Part shown: in pieces, positions 60,201-64,000 of the stretch
Layout: every line of letters begins with the position of its first letter
How positions within the stretch are numbered: position 1 is the first letter of the stretch
Origin: Smithella sp. M82
GTDB lineage: Bacteria > Desulfobacterota > Syntrophia > Syntrophales > Smithellaceae
DNA: 64,000 nucleotides
NCBI GenBank assembly: GCA_001683985.1
Contig: MAEO01000044.1
Span: 18,850-82,849, forward strand
Direction of reading: 5' to 3'
Position numbers and translations under genes: made by a program
The notes under the pieces: generated by a model
The model's database searches: none
Told to the model about the DNA's origin: nothing
Seen by the model: only the letters and a program-made list of their open reading frames with translations

Positions 60201-61154
60201 TTGAAGAACAAAGAAATTTATCTTAAAGACATCAAACAGGGGGATAAGGTAGCTTCAACCTTTTTAGCTACAGAAAAAAATATGGCCTTTTCTTTGAAAG
60301 GTTCTCCGTATTTGAATGTACGCCTGAAGGATAAAACCGGTGAACTTGACGGCAAGGTATGGGATAACGCGGCCGAGTTAGATCAGCAATTTAAAAAAGG
60401 TGATGTAATTTTTATTGAAGGAAAAGCTGCCAATTATAAAAACTCCATTCAAATATCCATTATCAAAATCAAAAAAATCGCTTGGGAAGATGTTGAACCC
60501 ACCGATTATTTGCCGGCAGTCAAAAGCGATGTCGTTGATATGTTTAATGAAATACTGACATACGCCGATAAAATTCAGATCAAACCACTGAAAGACCTAC
60601 TTTATGCTTTTCTGCATGATCAGAAAAGCGCAGAGCTTTTTCAGCGTGCACCTGCAGCTAAAGGTTTTCACCACATTTATCTAGGCGGACTTTTGGAACA
60701 TACACTTTCGGTCGTACGTTTACTTGAAAAAGTATGCGAACATTATCCTATTCTCAATAAAGACATGGTTATTGCCGGAGGAATTTTACATGACATAGGA
60801 AAAATATATGAATTTTCTTACGATCACATGATCGACTACAGCGATGAAGGAAGACTGATCGGCCATATTGTTATGGGAGTGGAAATGATCGATAAAAAAA
60901 TCGCTGCCATTGATGACTTTCCTCATCAATTAGCTCTGGAATTACGCCATATTATCCTAAGTCATCATGGAGAATTTGAATTCGGTTCCCCAAAGCGACC
61001 AAAGACTGTGGAAGCTCTGGTCGTCCATTACATCGATGATCTTGATGCTAAATTCAACGCATTTCAAACATTTATCAACGATTCTACCAATGATGATTCC
61101 GACTGGACAAACTACAACCGCTTTTTGGACCGTTTTATCTATAAAAAGAAATGA
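60201..61154 (+). CDS. yhaM: OB-fold + HD-domain 3'-5' exoribonuclease YhaM family
   Basis: L.DKTG....KVW; APAAKGFHH...GGLLEHT, LHDIGK, SHHG..EFGSPK.P. Confidence 0.88.
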   Translation: MKNKEIYLKDIKQGDKVASTFLATEKNMAFSLKGSPYLNVRLKDKTGELDGKVWDNAAELDQQFKKGDVIFIEGKAANYKNSIQISIIKIKKIAWEDVEPTDYLPAVKSDVVDMFNEILTYADKIQIKPLKDLLYAFLHDQKSAELFQRAPAAKGFHHIYLGGLLEHTLSVVRLLEKVCEHYPILNKDMVIAGGILHDIGKIYEFSYDHMIDYSDEGRLIGHIVMGVEMIDKKIAAIDDFPHQLALELRHIILSHHGEFEFGSPKRPKTVEALVVHYIDDLDAKFNAFQTFINDSTNDDSDWTNYNRFLDRFIYKKK

Positions 61155-61327
61155 TATTCATTCAAGCTTATCCGTTTATCAATGAATTTGATCTTGATTT
61201 TTTAGAAAAAAAGATATTATGAAACATCTATCATAAAAATGTAACTAAAGAGCAATCAAACGCTCTTTTTTATATAATTGTAGTTATTTACAAGAAAAAA
61301 TCGTTTACAAGAAAAAAGGATGGAATC

Positions 61328-63337
61328 ATGGCTTACAGAACGGATACTTTATGCGGGATATTCCATAATCAGGCTTTGCGTTATGGAGATCAGGTCGAAC
61401 TGCTTAGAGCCAAATTAAACAAAAATGGAGACCCCGGCAGTGAATGGCATTCGCGAACATGGAAAGAAACACGCGACGAAGCGATAGGGCTTGCCAAAGG
61501 CTTACTTGTTTTAGGATTGAAAAAAGGCGACAGGATAGTAATCTTTTCTGAAAGCAGACCAAGATGGATAATAGCCGATCAAGCTATTCAGGCCTGCGGT
61601 GCTGTTGGTGTTCCCCTTTACCCAACTTTAACTGTTGAAGAATTAGGATATATGACATCAGATAGCGGATCGAAAATTGTCATTGCCTCTTCTCAGGATA
61701 GGGGAGAAATGGCTCTCAAGGCAAAAGCGCATGGTGTTCCTATAGAAAAAATTATTACAATGTGTTCATGGAACGGCACAAAGCCGGAAGGTGTATATAC
61801 TTTTGCCGAAGTAATTGCTTTAGGCAAGGGAAAAGTAAGTGATGAAGAAATAGAAAAGATGATAAACAGTGTTGTTCCCGATGACATAGCTTCCATAATC
61901 TATACTTCAGGAACTACGGGAAAACAAAAAGGTGCTATACTTACACAGAAAAACTGGATTTCCAATCTTCATCAATGTTCCAATTCTACCCTTCTGCGCC
62001 GCCAGCGGGAATTGGGACTTCATCTGACACATTTGGTTCACCTGCCTCTGTGTCATGTTTTTGGTCGGACAAGTGATTATCATACTGGAGCTCTTCAGCA
62101 AGGCGGTATTATGGTTTTCGCGGAAAGCTTTGAAAAAATACCGAAAAATCTTACAGAAGTCAGACCAAATGTAGTGATCAGCATTCCCCGATTATGGGAA
62201 AAGATATATGATACCACCAGATCAATAGTTTCAAGACAAAGCGAAACCACCCAATCCATTTTTAATTGGGCTATAAAACTGGGCGAAAAATACTGCGATG
62301 CCATGGCAACTGCCACAAGAATGGGTCAACTTGATCTGCTTCAATTCGCACTCGCCAATGTTCTGGTTTTCAATAAAATCAAAAAGACCGCGGGGTTGGA
62401 TCATGTCGTGCTTGGAATATCCGGCGGCGGTAAACTTTCCAAAGAAGTTTGCATATTTATCCGCGCTCTGGGCATTCAACTAAGCGAGGGATACGGCCTT
62501 ACCGAAACGTCACCGGTTATTAATTTCAATGAACCGGAATTCTCCAAAAGTTATGATCCAAGCAAGGCCGGCTGGTTTGGCAATAAAATGATCGATTTGA
62601 CAATGGATCTGATGATTACCAGGCAGGCAAAGGGACTTTCACCTTATACCAATCCGATTCGGTCGCTGGGTCTTTACTTAGCGTATAATACTGTTGCCCA
62701 TAAACTTCAGATCAAACCCGGTACAGTCGGAAAACCGGTTCTCTGGACGGAAGAAAAAATAGCAGAAGATGGTGAAATTCTTGTAAAGGGCCCTCAGGTA
62801 TTCAAAGGATACTGGAATTTACCCGAAGCAACAGCAGAGGCATTTACCGAGGACGGCTGGTTTAAGACCGGTGATATCGGTGAATTTGATAAAGAAGGAT
62901 TTCTTACTATTACTGATCGTAAAAAGGAACTTTTTGTCACTTCTGGCGGCAAGAATGTAGCACCACATCCCATTGAACTCGCTATTACCGCCAAGCCTTA
63001 TATAGATCAGGCATGCCTTATTGGTGACGCCGAAAAATATTTAACTGCGCTTATAGTACCTGATTTCCCGGAAATCCAGCGTTATGCCAAACATAACGGC
63101 ATTACTGCCGGTTCCGATAAAGAACTGATCGAAAATGATCAGGTTAAAGAACTAATCAAAAAACAGGTGGACGCAGTCAACGAAACACTGCCTCGTTACG
63201 AACAGATAAAGTATTATAAAGTTCTCGATAAACCTTTCAGCGTTGAGTCAGGTGAACTGACGCCTACATTAAAACTGAAACGCAGGATTGTTTTTGAGAA
63301 ATTCAAAGACGATATCGAAAAAATGTACACCAATTAA
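61328..63337 (+). CDS. Long-chain fatty acid-CoA ligase (FadD/ACSBG-like)
   Basis: YTSGTTGKQKG, LPLCH, EGYGLTETSP, GW.KTGD.G, DRKKE...SGGKNVAP and ELTPTLKLKR. Confidence 0.92.
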   Translation: MAYRTDTLCGIFHNQALRYGDQVELLRAKLNKNGDPGSEWHSRTWKETRDEAIGLAKGLLVLGLKKGDRIVIFSESRPRWIIADQAIQACGAVGVPLYPTLTVEELGYMTSDSGSKIVIASSQDRGEMALKAKAHGVPIEKIITMCSWNGTKPEGVYTFAEVIALGKGKVSDEEIEKMINSVVPDDIASIIYTSGTTGKQKGAILTQKNWISNLHQCSNSTLLRRQRELGLHLTHLVHLPLCHVFGRTSDYHTGALQQGGIMVFAESFEKIPKNLTEVRPNVVISIPRLWEKIYDTTRSIVSRQSETTQSIFNWAIKLGEKYCDAMATATRMGQLDLLQFALANVLVFNKIKKTAGLDHVVLGISGGGKLSKEVCIFIRALGIQLSEGYGLTETSPVINFNEPEFSKSYDPSKAGWFGNKMIDLTMDLMITRQAKGLSPYTNPIRSLGLYLAYNTVAHKLQIKPGTVGKPVLWTEEKIAEDGEILVKGPQVFKGYWNLPEATAEAFTEDGWFKTGDIGEFDKEGFLTITDRKKELFVTSGGKNVAPHPIELAITAKPYIDQACLIGDAEKYLTALIVPDFPEIQRYAKHNGITAGSDKELIENDQVKELIKKQVDAVNETLPRYEQIKYYKVLDKPFSVESGELTPTLKLKRRIVFEKFKDDIEKMYTN

Positions 63338-63399
63338 TTAACACACATTATCCAGACTTTCACTGGTATGTAAAAACAGTGAATGTCCTAAAGGTAAAT

Positions 63400-63440
63400 A
63401 AAAGCGGCTCGTTTCATCTGAGATGTGCCGCTTTTTCTTT
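63400..63440 (+). terminator. Intrinsic terminator
   Basis: AAAGCGGC...GCCGCTTTTTCTTT. Confidence 0.7.
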
Positions 63441-63508
63441 TCCCTGTATCATGCTGTTTTAACGGATGACAAAATTAATGTATCATTATCTTTTCATCCT
63501 TCCATTAT

Positions 63509-63630
63509 CCAAGTCACATTCAAAAAGAAAGGGTACGTGGAACAAGAATGAGGCGACGAGGCGTATTGAACATACGTTGAGGAAGCCGACGACGCCAACA
63601 AAGATAGCCGAATGAAGGCCGACTTGGCAC
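63509..63630. mobile_element. MITE-like element, copy 2 of the 33246 family (inverted)
   Basis: Its reverse complement GTGCCAAGTCGG...GCTATCTTTGTTG..GTCGGCTTCCTCAACGTA...TTTTGAATGTGACTTGG matches 33246..33368. Confidence 0.65.
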
Positions 63631-63717
63631 TTACTTTCCTTTAAAATCCGGCTTCCTCTTCTCCAGAAAAGCGATGACGGCTTCTTTCATGTCATCCGTT
63701 GTAATTAAAAACATATT
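63631..63717 (-). pseudogene. Remnant C-terminus of an enoyl-CoA hydratase (crotonase)
   Basis: Minus strand reads NMFLITTDDMKEAVIAFLEKRKPDFKGK*, the typical crotonase tail. There is no upstream body before nadD. Confidence 0.7.
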
Positions 63718-63744
63718 TTTAAAATTATGTCACTTCTTATCTCC

Positions 63745-64000
63745 TTATGATTTTTTGTAGAGAGAATTTTTAATTATGTATTGCCGGACCTTATCCGGTG
63801 TCAGATATTTTATCGATTTCCCTTTTTGAATCATTTCCTTCATCCGTGATGAGGAAATATCCAGAAAACTCACATGACGGAAATATATGGCATGTCCTGT
63901 CGGACCATTAAATCCGTCATTTTTTTTATTATAGGTAAATTGTGCCGCAAATTCTTTTGGTAAGATTTTATCCAATCTCATATCGTCATAACCGGGACGG
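63745..64000 (-). CDS. nadD: Nicotinate-nucleotide adenylyltransferase, 3' part (cut by the window edge)
   Basis: LDISSSRM...I..GKSIKYL.P..V..YI....LY C-terminal signature. Confidence 0.85.
   Translation of the reverse strand, partial: RPGYDDMRLDKILPKEFAAQFTYNKKNDGFNGPTGHAIYFRHVSFLDISSSRMKEMIQKGKSIKYLTPDKVRQYIIKNSLYKKS

Noticed and set aside
1-64000. tRNA/rRNA genes, intact transposases, integrases or prophage genes
   Set aside because: None recognised in the window.

Overview
This AT-rich bacterial window looks most like an anaerobic deltaproteobacterium (Syntrophales/Smithella-like; inferred from gene content and order, SelB and the repeat families). It has five blocks. (1) 1-16.1 kb: a surface-glycan locus containing an acyl-activation/reduction module (ACP, FabZ, AMP-ligase, LuxE, LuxC), a ThDP enzyme, a NeuB-family synthase, WecE/WecD-like enzymes, a flippase-like protein and a GT-C-like membrane protein. 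Two eroded pseudogenes absent from the ORF track also lie here. (2) 16.2-20.6 kb: a decayed ABC transporter, a pilin-like small gene, and nucleoside deaminase/kinase genes. (3) 20.6-34.5 kb (minus strand): an unusual lipid-biosynthesis cluster with FabA, two ACPs, a B12-binding radical SAM enzyme resembling the ladderane-island lipid type, a tandem pair of paralogous radical SAM enzymes, two FabF-type KAS, a thioesterase, a stand-alone PKS dehydratase, a hotdog dehydratase, a deacetylase and a dedicated PlsY. Most of its larger spacers contain nested palindromic repeats, one of them beside a small GIY-YIG nuclease. (4) 35-37 kb: a flavin reductase-rubredoxin fusion and a DUF1566-OmpA fusion. 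(5) 37.3-64 kb: the dcw cluster mraZ to ftsZ (no ddl), then mltG, ruvX, selB, yhaM, a fadD-like gene and partial nadD. The strongest candidate for an undescribed system is block 3. All family assignments come from motif recognition by eye; no database searches were run.
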